IMG/VR virus record: IMGVR_UViG_3300017913_001079
Span: 1 to 29,918 of that record
Source: a virus
Taxonomy: Duplodnaviria; Caudoviricetes
Strand: one strand, 5' to 3'
Length of the DNA stretch: 29,918 bases
Both the position numbers and the translations under genes were made by a program. This document shows positions 1 to 8,346 of the stretch, in pieces. Position 1 is the first letter of the stretch. Each line of letters begins with the position of its first letter. The notes beneath the pieces are model-generated. The model was not told where the DNA came from, made no database searches, and was given only the letters and a program-made list of their open reading frames with translations.

Positions 1-192
1 GCACGTCATGAGCTTGCAGTTATTCGTCTGTTTGATGGTGTGGGTTGTGAGAAGTTTGCAGAGCATGCATTCAACTTTGCAGATAAAATGATTACAGAGA
101 AATATGGCGACCGTTGTTGGGTCGAGTCAGTTGAAGTCAGAGAGCATGGTGCCAACTCTGCAATCTATGAAAGAGAGCAAGATGGTAAATAA
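1..192 (+). CDS. queD: 6-carboxytetrahydropterin synthase QueD, C-terminal part (5'-truncated by window)
   Basis: Frame 1 (absent from the ORF track) reads ARHELAVIRLFDGVGCEKFAEHAFNF...CWVESVEVREHGANSAIYEREQDGK*. This is a T-fold PTPS/QueD C-terminus (GCE.FAE, V.V.E...NSA.Y), next to queE and folE. Confidence 0.85.
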   Translation, partial: ARHELAVIRLFDGVGCEKFAEHAFNFADKMITEKYGDRCWVESVEVREHGANSAIYEREQDGK

Positions 193-340
193 AGATCCAG
201 GTATGCGTCACTTCTATGTCAGTCTATTGAAGTCGGGTGTACGTATTATTGCAGGCGCTCAGTTGATGGCTGGTCAGATTTGGGTTGCAGGTCTGCTTAT
301 TGTAGCAGCAGAGTTTCTAGGAATCTTGGAAGAACTATGA
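182..340 (+). CDS. small hydrophobic membrane protein (hypothetical)
   Basis: ATG 182 overlaps the queD end. The product MVNKDPGMRHFYVSLLKSGVRIIAG...LLIVAAEFLGILEEL has two hydrophobic segments. Its stop overlaps the queE start (ATGA). Confidence 0.65.
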   Translation: MVNKDPGMRHFYVSLLKSGVRIIAGAQLMAGQIWVAGLLIVAAEFLGILEEL

Positions 341-1263
341 GTAAAGAATATCACTATAGCGAGACGTTCTATTCCATGCAGGGTGAAGGGCACTATACAG
401 GTCGCCCGACTGTATGGTTGAGATACTTCTTGTGCAACCTACAATGTAGTGGGTTCGGTCAGATTGATCCAACAAATCCTGAGTCTTACTTTCTCCCTTA
501 TGAGGAATTGGATGTTCATGAGAAGGATTTGATGGGTGAGCCTAAATATAAAGTCATGGAAGACCTACCAGTGTTTGAGCATGGCTGCGATTCTTCGTAT
601 AGCTGGTCAAAGAAGTTTAAACACTTGCAGCGTAAAGGAACGCCTGATGAGATCAAACAAGTTTTGGAGAATCTTCTACCAACTGGTCGGTTTGGCAGCA
701 CTACTCACTTATGCCTTACTGGTGGTGAGCCATTGATGAGACATGCCCAGGCTTGCACCATGGGTATTGTTAAGAGTTTTGTTGAAGATGATAATGCTCC
801 TATGCACATTACATTTGAGACAAATGGTACACAAGCTCTTGCAGATGAATTCTATGATTACTTCAATTGGTATGGTGGCACCGTAGGCTTTCCAGAAGTA
901 TTCTGGAGTGTCTCGCCTAAGCTATGGACTGTTGCTGGTGAAAAGGCTGATAAAGCTATCAAGCCAGAGAATGTTGCTAAGTATGCTTCTGTGAAAGGTA
1001 GTAAAGGTCAATTGAAGTTTGTTGCCAATGGTACAGATGAATGCTGGGAAGAGATTGACTCTGTTATCCAACAGATGCGTGATGTTGGTGTTGAATATCC
1101 AGTATGGATCATGCCTGTGGGTGCCACTGTAGAAGGGCAGAAAGCACAGATCAAAGGTCATCATTACGAAGATGGTGAGATTGCAGATATGGCTCTGCAA
1201 CGTGGTTGGAATGTTAGTGCACGAGTGCATACTTATTTGTGGGGTAATAAAATTGGTGTTTAA
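337..1263 (+). CDS. queE: 7-carboxy-7-deazaguanine synthase QueE (radical SAM)
   Basis: Motifs SETFYSMQGEGHYTGRPTVWLR, CNLQC...GCDS, LTGGEP, FETNGT, SVSPK, LKFV and SARVH. Start taken as ATG 337 (MSKEYHYSE). Confidence 0.92.
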   Translation: MSKEYHYSETFYSMQGEGHYTGRPTVWLRYFLCNLQCSGFGQIDPTNPESYFLPYEELDVHEKDLMGEPKYKVMEDLPVFEHGCDSSYSWSKKFKHLQRKGTPDEIKQVLENLLPTGRFGSTTHLCLTGGEPLMRHAQACTMGIVKSFVEDDNAPMHITFETNGTQALADEFYDYFNWYGGTVGFPEVFWSVSPKLWTVAGEKADKAIKPENVAKYASVKGSKGQLKFVANGTDECWEEIDSVIQQMRDVGVEYPVWIMPVGATVEGQKAQIKGHHYEDGEIADMALQRGWNVSARVHTYLWGNKIGV

Positions 1264-1660
1264 GGACGGTAAGTTTTATTATCAGTGGGACAGATATCAG
1301 GAAGATATCTGCGCGCTGGCAGATGATTTGACGTTTGAGCCATCTGTTGTTATTGGCATTGCAAGAGGTGGGTGTGTACCAGCGGTACAGTTATCTCATC
1401 TACTCGGTAAGCCTTTCAAAGCAGTTACATGGCAGACACGTGATGGTGGAGTGAAAGAAAAATACAAAGTTCCAGAGTATGCATTGATTGTAGATGATAT
1501 CAATGACTCAGGTAAAACACTCAGAGAGTTTACAGAAAGAATTGAACACGATAAGTTTGCTACTCTGACATTATTTACGAAACCATCGAGTGAATATACT
1601 GTTGACTTTTATGCTAAGGAAGCAGAAGATGATAAGTGGATAGTCTTTCCATGGGAATAG
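1256..1660 (+). CDS. type I purine phosphoribosyltransferase (xanthine-guanine PRT-like)
   Basis: VIGIARGGCVPA, PRPP-binding LIVDDINDSGKT and C-terminal WIVFPWE, typical of the Gpt family. Start is uncertain (TTG 1253 or GTG 1256). Confidence 0.88.
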   Translation: MFKDGKFYYQWDRYQEDICALADDLTFEPSVVIGIARGGCVPAVQLSHLLGKPFKAVTWQTRDGGVKEKYKVPEYALIVDDINDSGKTLREFTERIEHDKFATLTLFTKPSSEYTVDFYAKEAEDDKWIVFPWE

Positions 1661-1998
1661 TTCAACGCAACTGGGGAACATATGAAGTGCTTTATAGTGG
1701 TGAAGGATATAGGGTGAAGCGTTTACTAATTGATCCAGCGTCAGCATTGTCTAATCAGTATCACAACCATCGCTCAGAAGCATGGACTGTTGTTAATGGT
1801 GAAGTTCTACTTCAACTATTTCATCCAGAGAAAGATAAGCAGATGTATGAGATTCATTTGAGCAAAGGTGAGTCTCATACTATTGATGTTGGTACATGGC
1901 ATAGAGCCATTAACCCTACAGATACTGTTACAGAGATTATTGAGATCTGGACAGGAAACAAATTGTCTGAAGACGATATTATTAGAGCGGAAAGATAA
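1651..1998 (+). CDS. cupin, mannose-6-phosphate isomerase type II C-terminal-like domain
   Basis: RNWGTYEVL...VKRL.I.P...LSNQYHNHRSEAWTVVNG...HRAIN...IIEIWTG..LSEDDIIR matches the ManC/PMI-II cupin pattern. Confidence 0.85.
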   Translation: MGIVQRNWGTYEVLYSGEGYRVKRLLIDPASALSNQYHNHRSEAWTVVNGEVLLQLFHPEKDKQMYEIHLSKGESHTIDVGTWHRAINPTDTVTEIIEIWTGNKLSEDDIIRAER

Positions 1999-2037
1999 AT
2001 ATGACTATCAATTACAATACAGAGGAGTCTACATACT

Positions 2038-2709
2038 ATGTCGAAAAATAATCCAGAGCTGGGTCGTGAGGTGAATAAGTTTCTCGACTCTAAAGGTATC
2101 AATACACCAGTAACTGAAATGGTGAAAGTTGATCGTGAGACTAAACTTGCAAAGGTGGCTGAGCTTACGAAAGAGATGCTTGAGGTTCTAGGTTTGGATC
2201 TGACAGATGATTCTCTTGAAGAAACCCCTATGCGTGTAGCTAAGATGTATGTAGATGAGATCTTCTCAGGTCTGCGTTATGATACGTTCCCTAAATGTAC
2301 TACTGTAGAAAATAAGTTCTGTCATGGCGATGAGTTTGTTCTTGAGAAGAATATTACATTGTATTCTGATTGTGAACACCACTTGCGTCCTATCATTGGT
2401 ACAGCACATATTGCTTACATCCCAGGTGAAAAGGTTCTTGGCCTCTCCAAGCTCAATCGTATCACACAATACTTTGCACAGCGTCCTCAAGTACAAGAAC
2501 GTCTTACACAACAGATTGCTGAGTCAATTGCATTCATTACAGACTCACAAGATGTTATGGTTGTTGTAGAAGCAGCTCATACTTGTGTATCCCAACGTGG
2601 TATTAAAGATACTAATTCTTCTACAGTTACAGCATGTTGCCTTGGCCAGTTCGGTGAATCAAATTCAGAGCTCCGTAAAGAGGTTATGGCAAACATTAAC
2701 AGAGGTTAA
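2038..2709 (+). CDS. folE: GTP cyclohydrolase I FolE
   Basis: Motifs ETPMRVAKMY, CEHH, GLSKLNRI, RPQVQERLT and HTCVSQRG. SD AGAGGAG lies upstream. Confidence 0.96.
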   Translation: MSKNNPELGREVNKFLDSKGINTPVTEMVKVDRETKLAKVAELTKEMLEVLGLDLTDDSLEETPMRVAKMYVDEIFSGLRYDTFPKCTTVENKFCHGDEFVLEKNITLYSDCEHHLRPIIGTAHIAYIPGEKVLGLSKLNRITQYFAQRPQVQERLTQQIAESIAFITDSQDVMVVVEAAHTCVSQRGIKDTNSSTVTACCLGQFGESNSELRKEVMANINRG

Positions 2710-2909
2710 TGATGTCTATTGCACGAGGTCAAATGACCTGGATCAATGGTGAAAAATCCCCAGTGTTTGAACAGAAAGGCAAGAATGCAGAGAATGCAAT
2801 CTACAATGTCTTTCATGCTATGAGTATGCCCTTACATTTTGCACAACAGCAAGGCTACTTAGCAGATTATAAATTATGGTTAGTTGGAGATGAAGTTGAA
2901 GAAATCTAA
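2709..2909 (+). CDS. hypothetical protein
   Basis: 66-aa ORF translationally coupled to folE (TAATG) and filling the gap to the next gene. Confidence 0.6.
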   Translation: MMSIARGQMTWINGEKSPVFEQKGKNAENAIYNVFHAMSMPLHFAQQQGYLADYKLWLVGDEVEEI

Positions 2910-3243
2910 GTTTATCTGGGTCACATTCCAGAAAGAGGGTATCCACAAATACCCTGATGCACCTGAGGGTGTAGAGTTCCTAAAGTATCCTCATAGGCAT
3001 ATGTTTCACTTCCGTGTAGAGCTTGAAGTGTTTCATGATGACCGAGATGTAGAATTTATTCTGTTGAAAAGAGAGTTGGAAGCGTTGTATAATGAAGGCA
3101 CATTGCAGCTCGACTATAAGTCTTGCGAGATGATGGCTGATGATTTGTATGACTATATCTCAACAGCTTATCCAGAACGTGACATTGTTATTGAAGTAAG
3201 TGAGGATGGTGAGAATGGAACACGCGCGTACTACCCGAAGTGA
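2890..3243 (+). CDS. QueD-paralogue T-fold protein, DpdL-like (predicted CDG decarboxylase)
   Basis: FLKYPHRHMFHFRVELEV, SCEMMADDL and IEVSEDGENG give a T-fold with LxxxHRHxF. It is the second QueD-like gene of the cluster and directly precedes the transglycosylase. Confidence 0.7.
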   Translation: MKLKKSKFIWVTFQKEGIHKYPDAPEGVEFLKYPHRHMFHFRVELEVFHDDRDVEFILLKRELEALYNEGTLQLDYKSCEMMADDLYDYISTAYPERDIVIEVSEDGENGTRAYYPK

Positions 3244-4117
3244 GCTAGATGATATCGAGGCACGTAAGCCTCAGTTTTGTCATATTGCTCCTACCCCACA
3301 TTTGGATCTTGTAGATGGTCGTAAAGTACATCTTGTGCTTGCACATCTTATTGAAACGGATCCTAAGTATGTCGACTTCTATCTTGAGCAAAAAGAGAAG
3401 TATGACTGTACTATCATTATGGACAACAGTGCATTTGAAATGTACAAACAAGGTCGTCCAATGTATGATAGTGAGAAACTAATTACAATGGGTGAGCGTA
3501 TTGGTGCTGACTATATTGTTATGAGTGATTATCCTGGTGAAGAGTCAGCCAAGACTATCGAAGCAGCTGAACGAATGGCTCCAGAGATTAAAGAAGAAGG
3601 ATTCAAGACTTTTTATGTTCCGCAGAGTAAGATCGGAGACATGGATGACTACCTTGAAGGATTTAAGTATGGGTGTTATTCAGACAACGTTGATTATATT
3701 GGTGTGTCTATTCTTGGTGTTCCCAATGCGTTTGGTGGGATCGAAAAGGATAACAAACTACAGCGCTTTGCGTCTAGGCAACGGATATACTACGAACTAG
3801 CAACTACACCTTTCCTTGAGACTGCGAAGTTTATGGGTAAGAAGTTTCACTTCCTTGGTATGGTAGATGGTCCTAATGAGATTATGTTCATGAACCCATT
3901 CCGTCGATTTATTGACACATGGGACTCATCAGCAGCAGTGTGGGCTGGTCTTAATGGTCGTAAATTTGATAATAGTCCTACTGGTCTAGTTGGTGGTAAA
4001 TTTGAAAAAGAAGTTGACTTTGACTTCGAAACAAATGATTATGGACTTATCAATATGGCTAAAGAAAACATGAAGTTTATTGATAGACTTGTATGGGGTT
4101 ATTTGTGGGACAATTGA
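3215..4117 (+). CDS. dpdA: TGT-fold DNA guanine transglycosylase, DpdA-like
   Basis: IIMDNSAFE (cf. DSGxF), IVMSDYP, FYVPQ, FHFLG and DTWDSS appear in TGT/DpdA barrel motif order, inside a folE/queD/queE cluster. Start is uncertain (3200-3215). Confidence 0.7.
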   Translation: MEHARTTRSELDDIEARKPQFCHIAPTPHLDLVDGRKVHLVLAHLIETDPKYVDFYLEQKEKYDCTIIMDNSAFEMYKQGRPMYDSEKLITMGERIGADYIVMSDYPGEESAKTIEAAERMAPEIKEEGFKTFYVPQSKIGDMDDYLEGFKYGCYSDNVDYIGVSILGVPNAFGGIEKDNKLQRFASRQRIYYELATTPFLETAKFMGKKFHFLGMVDGPNEIMFMNPFRRFIDTWDSSAAVWAGLNGRKFDNSPTGLVGGKFEKEVDFDFETNDYGLINMAKENMKFIDRLVWGYLWDN

Positions 4118-4118
4118 T

Positions 4119-4460
4119 ATGAAAGATGAATTTGGTATGGAAGTTAATTTGAAACTGATGAAGTTTGATCAAGACCAATACAACTATGGTGAACCTGGTT
4201 ATGTTCAGGAGCTAGTAGAGTATATTGATTCGACATATGGTCAGCACTATGTCAACAAAGGTATCCAGGTTGTTGATGTATGGCAGAGTATGGGCAGTCT
4301 GAATACGACTGCTCGTGATACTGCAATCAAGTATCTTGCACGTTACGGCAAGAAGAATGGACGAAACCGCAAAGACCTGTTGAAGGCTATGCACTATATT
4401 ATTTTGATGATGTACGCAGAGGATTTGAATAATGATGAAACATCTAGCGAGCTCCAGTAG
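4119..4460 (+). CDS. DUF3310 / T7 gp1.7-like protein (putative nucleotide kinase)
   Basis: Signature YGQHY...IQVVD...AIKYLARYGKKNG..RKDLLKAMHY. Confidence 0.65.
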   Translation: MKDEFGMEVNLKLMKFDQDQYNYGEPGYVQELVEYIDSTYGQHYVNKGIQVVDVWQSMGSLNTTARDTAIKYLARYGKKNGRNRKDLLKAMHYIILMMYAEDLNNDETSSELQ

Positions 4461-4935
4461 TTCATCCGAACTTAGCACCTATACAGAAGACCAGGTGCAA
4501 CCGAATGCAATTGACCTTCGTGTTGATTCGCTACAAATGATTACAGACAACTTGTTTACAATTGATGAAGATAAGAAAGTACATCGAGGTTCAGAACCAG
4601 TGCGTACTGATGAAGATGGCTATTGGCGTTTGGAATCAGGGCGGCGTTATGAGGTAATCTTTGAAGGAACAGTTAAACTTGGTGAGAATGAAGCTGGTTG
4701 GGTAATCACACGTTCTACATTGAATCGTAATGGATTGTTCCTAACATCGGGTCTTTATGATACAGGTTATGAAGGTGTGATGGCTGGCTGCTTGCATGTT
4801 ACATCTGGCCCTGCTCGGATCAAAAAGGGCACTCGTCTTGGACAGTTTATTCTGTTCGATGCTGAGTCGTTGTCATCATATGATGGTGACTATGGTGTAG
4901 GTAAAGAACACGATAAGAAGTATGAAGATGAGTAA
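4435..4935 (+). CDS. trimeric dUTPase / dCTP deaminase-fold enzyme
   Basis: Motifs QVQPNAIDLRV, RSTLNRNG, LYDTGYEG and RLGQF. Confidence 0.85.
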   Translation: MKHLASSSSSSELSTYTEDQVQPNAIDLRVDSLQMITDNLFTIDEDKKVHRGSEPVRTDEDGYWRLESGRRYEVIFEGTVKLGENEAGWVITRSTLNRNGLFLTSGLYDTGYEGVMAGCLHVTSGPARIKKGTRLGQFILFDAESLSSYDGDYGVGKEHDKKYEDE

Positions 4936-5902
4936 GAATGCACTTGTTACGGGTATTACAGGACAGGATGGTGCTTACCTTGCTAAGCTCCTCCTGGATA
5001 AAGGCTATAAGGTATATGGTGCACAACGACGGAATACTGGCCTCCAGCATTGGCGGCTTGATCGTCTTGGCATCACAAATGAGATAGAGTTTGTTGATTT
5101 TGAGCTTAATGAATTCTCAAATATTACTCATGTTCTTCATCAAACCAAGCCTGACGAAATCTATAATCTAGCTGCACAATCTTTTGTGCATCTATCGTTT
5201 GATCAGCCAACATACACTTCAGACACGAACTATATGGGTCCTAGCCGCCTTCTAGAAGCAATTCGTATGGTGTGTCCTACAGCTAAGTTCTATCAAGCTG
5301 GTACATCTGAAATGTTTGGTAAGGTCCAACAAATCCCACAAAGCGAAACAACACCGTTTTATCCACGGTCACCTTATGGTGTAGCTAAGCTGGGTGCATA
5401 TTGGATGACTGTAAACTACAGAGAGTCATATGATATGTTTGCATGTAATGGTATTCTATTTAACCATGAATCACCATTGCGTGGTAAAGAGTTTGTTACT
5501 CGTAAACTCGTACACAATCTCGTCAAGGTTAAGAATGGCGACTTGGAGTATGTAGAGATGGGTAATATGGATGCCAAACGTGATTGGGGTCATGCTGCTG
5601 ATTACGTTGAAGGTATGTATCTAATGATGCAACAAGATAAGCCTGATGATTATGTCTTGTCTATGGAAGATACTCATACAGTACGTGAGTTTGCTCAGAT
5701 TGTATGTAATCATTTGTATCTAGATATTGATGAAGTGATTAAGATCAATCCAAAGTATTTGAGGCCAGCTGAAGTAGATTTGCTGATGGGTGATTCAGCT
5801 AAAGCTCGTATTGAATTAGGTTGGAAACCAAAGTATACTTTGGATAGCATGATTGATGAAATGGTAACAGAGGAACTAAAATATTATGTCAATGGAAATT
5901 AG
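4928..5902 (+). CDS. gmd: GDP-mannose 4,6-dehydratase
   Basis: Motifs ALVTGITGQDGAYLA, YNLAAQSFV, YQAGTSEMFG, PRSPYGVAK, NHESPLRG..FVTRK and RDWGHA. Confidence 0.96.
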   Translation: MSKNALVTGITGQDGAYLAKLLLDKGYKVYGAQRRNTGLQHWRLDRLGITNEIEFVDFELNEFSNITHVLHQTKPDEIYNLAAQSFVHLSFDQPTYTSDTNYMGPSRLLEAIRMVCPTAKFYQAGTSEMFGKVQQIPQSETTPFYPRSPYGVAKLGAYWMTVNYRESYDMFACNGILFNHESPLRGKEFVTRKLVHNLVKVKNGDLEYVEMGNMDAKRDWGHAADYVEGMYLMMQQDKPDDYVLSMEDTHTVREFAQIVCNHLYLDIDEVIKINPKYLRPAEVDLLMGDSAKARIELGWKPKYTLDSMIDEMVTEELKYYVNGN

Positions 5903-6755
5903 TATTAGTAAAGAAGAACTGCAGAAGCGGAAGATTATGGTAGCTTCACCGATGTATGGTGGACAGTGTGCTGGTATGTATACCAAGTCTTCTGTTGACC
6001 TTGCAACGCTAGCGGCGCACTGGGGTATGGATATGCGCTTCTTCTATTTGTTTAACGAGTCGTTGATTACTCGTGCTCGTAACTACTGTGTAGATGAATT
6101 TATGCGTAGTGATGCGACACACCTTATGTTTATTGACTCAGACATTGGGTTTGATCCAAACGATGTGTTGACACTTGCTGCATTGCAAAGTGAGAACCCA
6201 GATGATGACGACTATGACATTATCTGTGGTCCTTATCCTAAGAAATGTATCTCTTGGGAGAAAGTTAAGGATGCTGTAGACAAAGGCTTTGGGGATGATA
6301 ATCCTGAAAACTTGCAACGTTATGTTGGTGACTATGTGTTCAATCCTGTGGAAGGTAACAACATTCCATTGGACAAACCTGTAGAGGTATTGGAAGCTGG
6401 TACAGGCTTTATGATGATTCGTAAGAACACATTCCAGAAGTTTGCTGAGGCATATCCTGAGTTGTCTTATAAGCCTGACCATGTTCGTACAGCACACTTT
6501 GATGGTAGCCGTGAGATTCATTGCTACTTTGATGCTCTGATTGATGAAGAGAGTAAACGCTATCTGTCAGAAGATTATATGTTCTGTCAGTGGGCACGTA
6601 AGATTGGTCTGAAAGTATGGTATTGTCCTTGGATGCAATTGCAGCACATGGGCTCTTATGTATTTGGTGGTTCGTTACCTGACCTTGCACAGCTGGGTGC
6701 AAGTGCGACTGCTGATATGACTAAAATTGGTAAACAGAAAGCTCAGGGGCAATAA
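5886..6755 (+). CDS. GT-A fold glycosyltransferase-like protein
   Basis: ESLITRARN, THLMFIDSDIGF (DxD), GTGFMMI, YLSEDYMFC and terminal LQHMG. Confidence 0.75.
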   Translation: MSMEISISKEELQKRKIMVASPMYGGQCAGMYTKSSVDLATLAAHWGMDMRFFYLFNESLITRARNYCVDEFMRSDATHLMFIDSDIGFDPNDVLTLAALQSENPDDDDYDIICGPYPKKCISWEKVKDAVDKGFGDDNPENLQRYVGDYVFNPVEGNNIPLDKPVEVLEAGTGFMMIRKNTFQKFAEAYPELSYKPDHVRTAHFDGSREIHCYFDALIDEESKRYLSEDYMFCQWARKIGLKVWYCPWMQLQHMGSYVFGGSLPDLAQLGASATADMTKIGKQKAQGQ

Positions 6756-7412
6756 ATGATGAAACTTTGTAATGATACTGTGAATACTCTGAAAAACTTT
6801 AGCCAGATTAATCCTTCCTTGGTAGTGGAGGCTGGTAGCGAGATTGTTACCATGTCTCCATCCAAGACGATCATCGCTAAGATGATTACTGAGGAAGTCT
6901 TCGAACAACCATTCTGCATCTATGAGCTGAATAAGTTCTTGGGTGTTATCTCAATGTTGGAAGAACCAGACTTGAACTTTAACGAGAAGAGTGTGGAGAT
7001 TAAATCTAAGAGTGGTAATGTAAACTATACATATGCGGATCCTACAATGGTCGTTGCACCATTGACGACATCAGTCGCTGTAGATAATCCCGTATGTTCC
7101 TTTCAGTTGAACAATACTCAGCTGACGAGTCTGATCCGAGCTGCAAGTGTATTGCAGACTGATATCATTCGTTTGGTATCTACCGGTGGTAAGCTGCAAG
7201 TAGGAACGACAGACTCGAAAGATCCAACCTCACATACATTTGATATCGATATGGATGTAACAGTCGAACAGGACTTTGCTATCAATGTTAAAACTGAGAA
7301 TGTAGTGAAGATTCTGCCTTCCGAATACAATGTAACCGTTAGTGAACGTGTGATTCAGTTTAAGAATGACACACATACTTACTGGATTGTATCGGAGCGC
7401 ACTAATGGATAA
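6756..7412 (+). CDS. gp45: DNA polymerase sliding clamp
   Basis: LKNFSQINPSL, FCIYELNKFLGV, YTYADP and YWIV, in the expected position before gp44. Confidence 0.93.
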   Translation: MMKLCNDTVNTLKNFSQINPSLVVEAGSEIVTMSPSKTIIAKMITEEVFEQPFCIYELNKFLGVISMLEEPDLNFNEKSVEIKSKSGNVNYTYADPTMVVAPLTTSVAVDNPVCSFQLNNTQLTSLIRAASVLQTDIIRLVSTGGKLQVGTTDSKDPTSHTFDIDMDVTVEQDFAINVKTENVVKILPSEYNVTVSERVIQFKNDTHTYWIVSERTNG

Positions 7413-8346
7413 ACAAGACTTTCTGTGGACAGAAATATACCGTCCGAAGACGGTCGATGAGTGTGTACTTCCTCAAGAGCTGAAAGATGTATTCAATGCA
7501 TTTATTCAGGATGGTGAAGTGCCTAACCTCATCCTTTCGGGTGGAGCAGGTGTTGGTAAGACAACTGTAGCACGAGCACTACTGGACGAGCTTGGTCGTG
7601 ACTATATGTTTATCAATGGATCATTGGAAGGACGTAACATTGATACGTTGCGTACGCTGATCAAAGACTATGCTTCATCTGTATCCTTCCAAGGTGGTCG
7701 GAAATATGTGATTCTTGATGAGGCAGACTATCTGAATGCTCAATCTACACAACCAGCTCTTCGTAACTTTATGGAAGAGTTTTCCTCTAACTGTGGATTC
7801 ATTCTAACCTGCAACTTCAAGAATCGCATTATCGATCCACTGCAATCTCGTTGTTCTGTTATTGACTTTAAGTTTAAGAATAGTGAAAAGCCTGAGCTTG
7901 CTATGCAAATGTTCAAGCGTGCTATCACTGTACTTGATGAGAACAATATTGAGTACAACAAGAAAGTTGTAGCTGAGATTGTACAACAGAAGTTTCCTGA
8001 CTTCCGTCGTGTATGGAATACATTACAACAGGGTTCTGTTCTTGGAGCGATTGATACGGGTGTGCTGACTCAGTCTGATGATAGTATTACATCTCTTGTA
8101 GATTATCTGAAGAACAAAGAGTTTACAGAAATGCGTAAGTGGGTTGCTGAGAATAGTGATATTGATAGCAATATGATCTTCCGTAAGCTGTATGACAATG
8201 CATACCAATATCTCAAGCCTGAGTCCATTCCCCAGATTGTTGTTCATATCGCAGACTATCAATACAAGGCAGCTTTTGCTGTTGATCAAGAAATCAACCT
8301 GGTTGCGTTCTTGACGCACGTAATGATGGACTGTGAATTCAAATGA
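7405..8346 (+). CDS. gp44: clamp loader large subunit (AAA+)
   Basis: LWTEIYRP, Walker A GGAGVGKTT, Walker B ILDEADYL, SRC motif and FPDFR. Confidence 0.96.
   Translation: MDKQDFLWTEIYRPKTVDECVLPQELKDVFNAFIQDGEVPNLILSGGAGVGKTTVARALLDELGRDYMFINGSLEGRNIDTLRTLIKDYASSVSFQGGRKYVILDEADYLNAQSTQPALRNFMEEFSSNCGFILTCNFKNRIIDPLQSRCSVIDFKFKNSEKPELAMQMFKRAITVLDENNIEYNKKVVAEIVQQKFPDFRRVWNTLQQGSVLGAIDTGVLTQSDDSITSLVDYLKNKEFTEMRKWVAENSDIDSNMIFRKLYDNAYQYLKPESIPQIVVHIADYQYKAAFAVDQEINLVAFLTHVMMDCEFK

Noticed and set aside
104-3214. Longer ORF-track starts (104, 280, 1172, 1636, 2884, 3200; likewise 7366, 9886, 15875, 18102, 18877)
   Set aside because: They overlap upstream genes or promoters extensively. Downstream starts fit the family N-termini, SD sites or stop/start coupling better.
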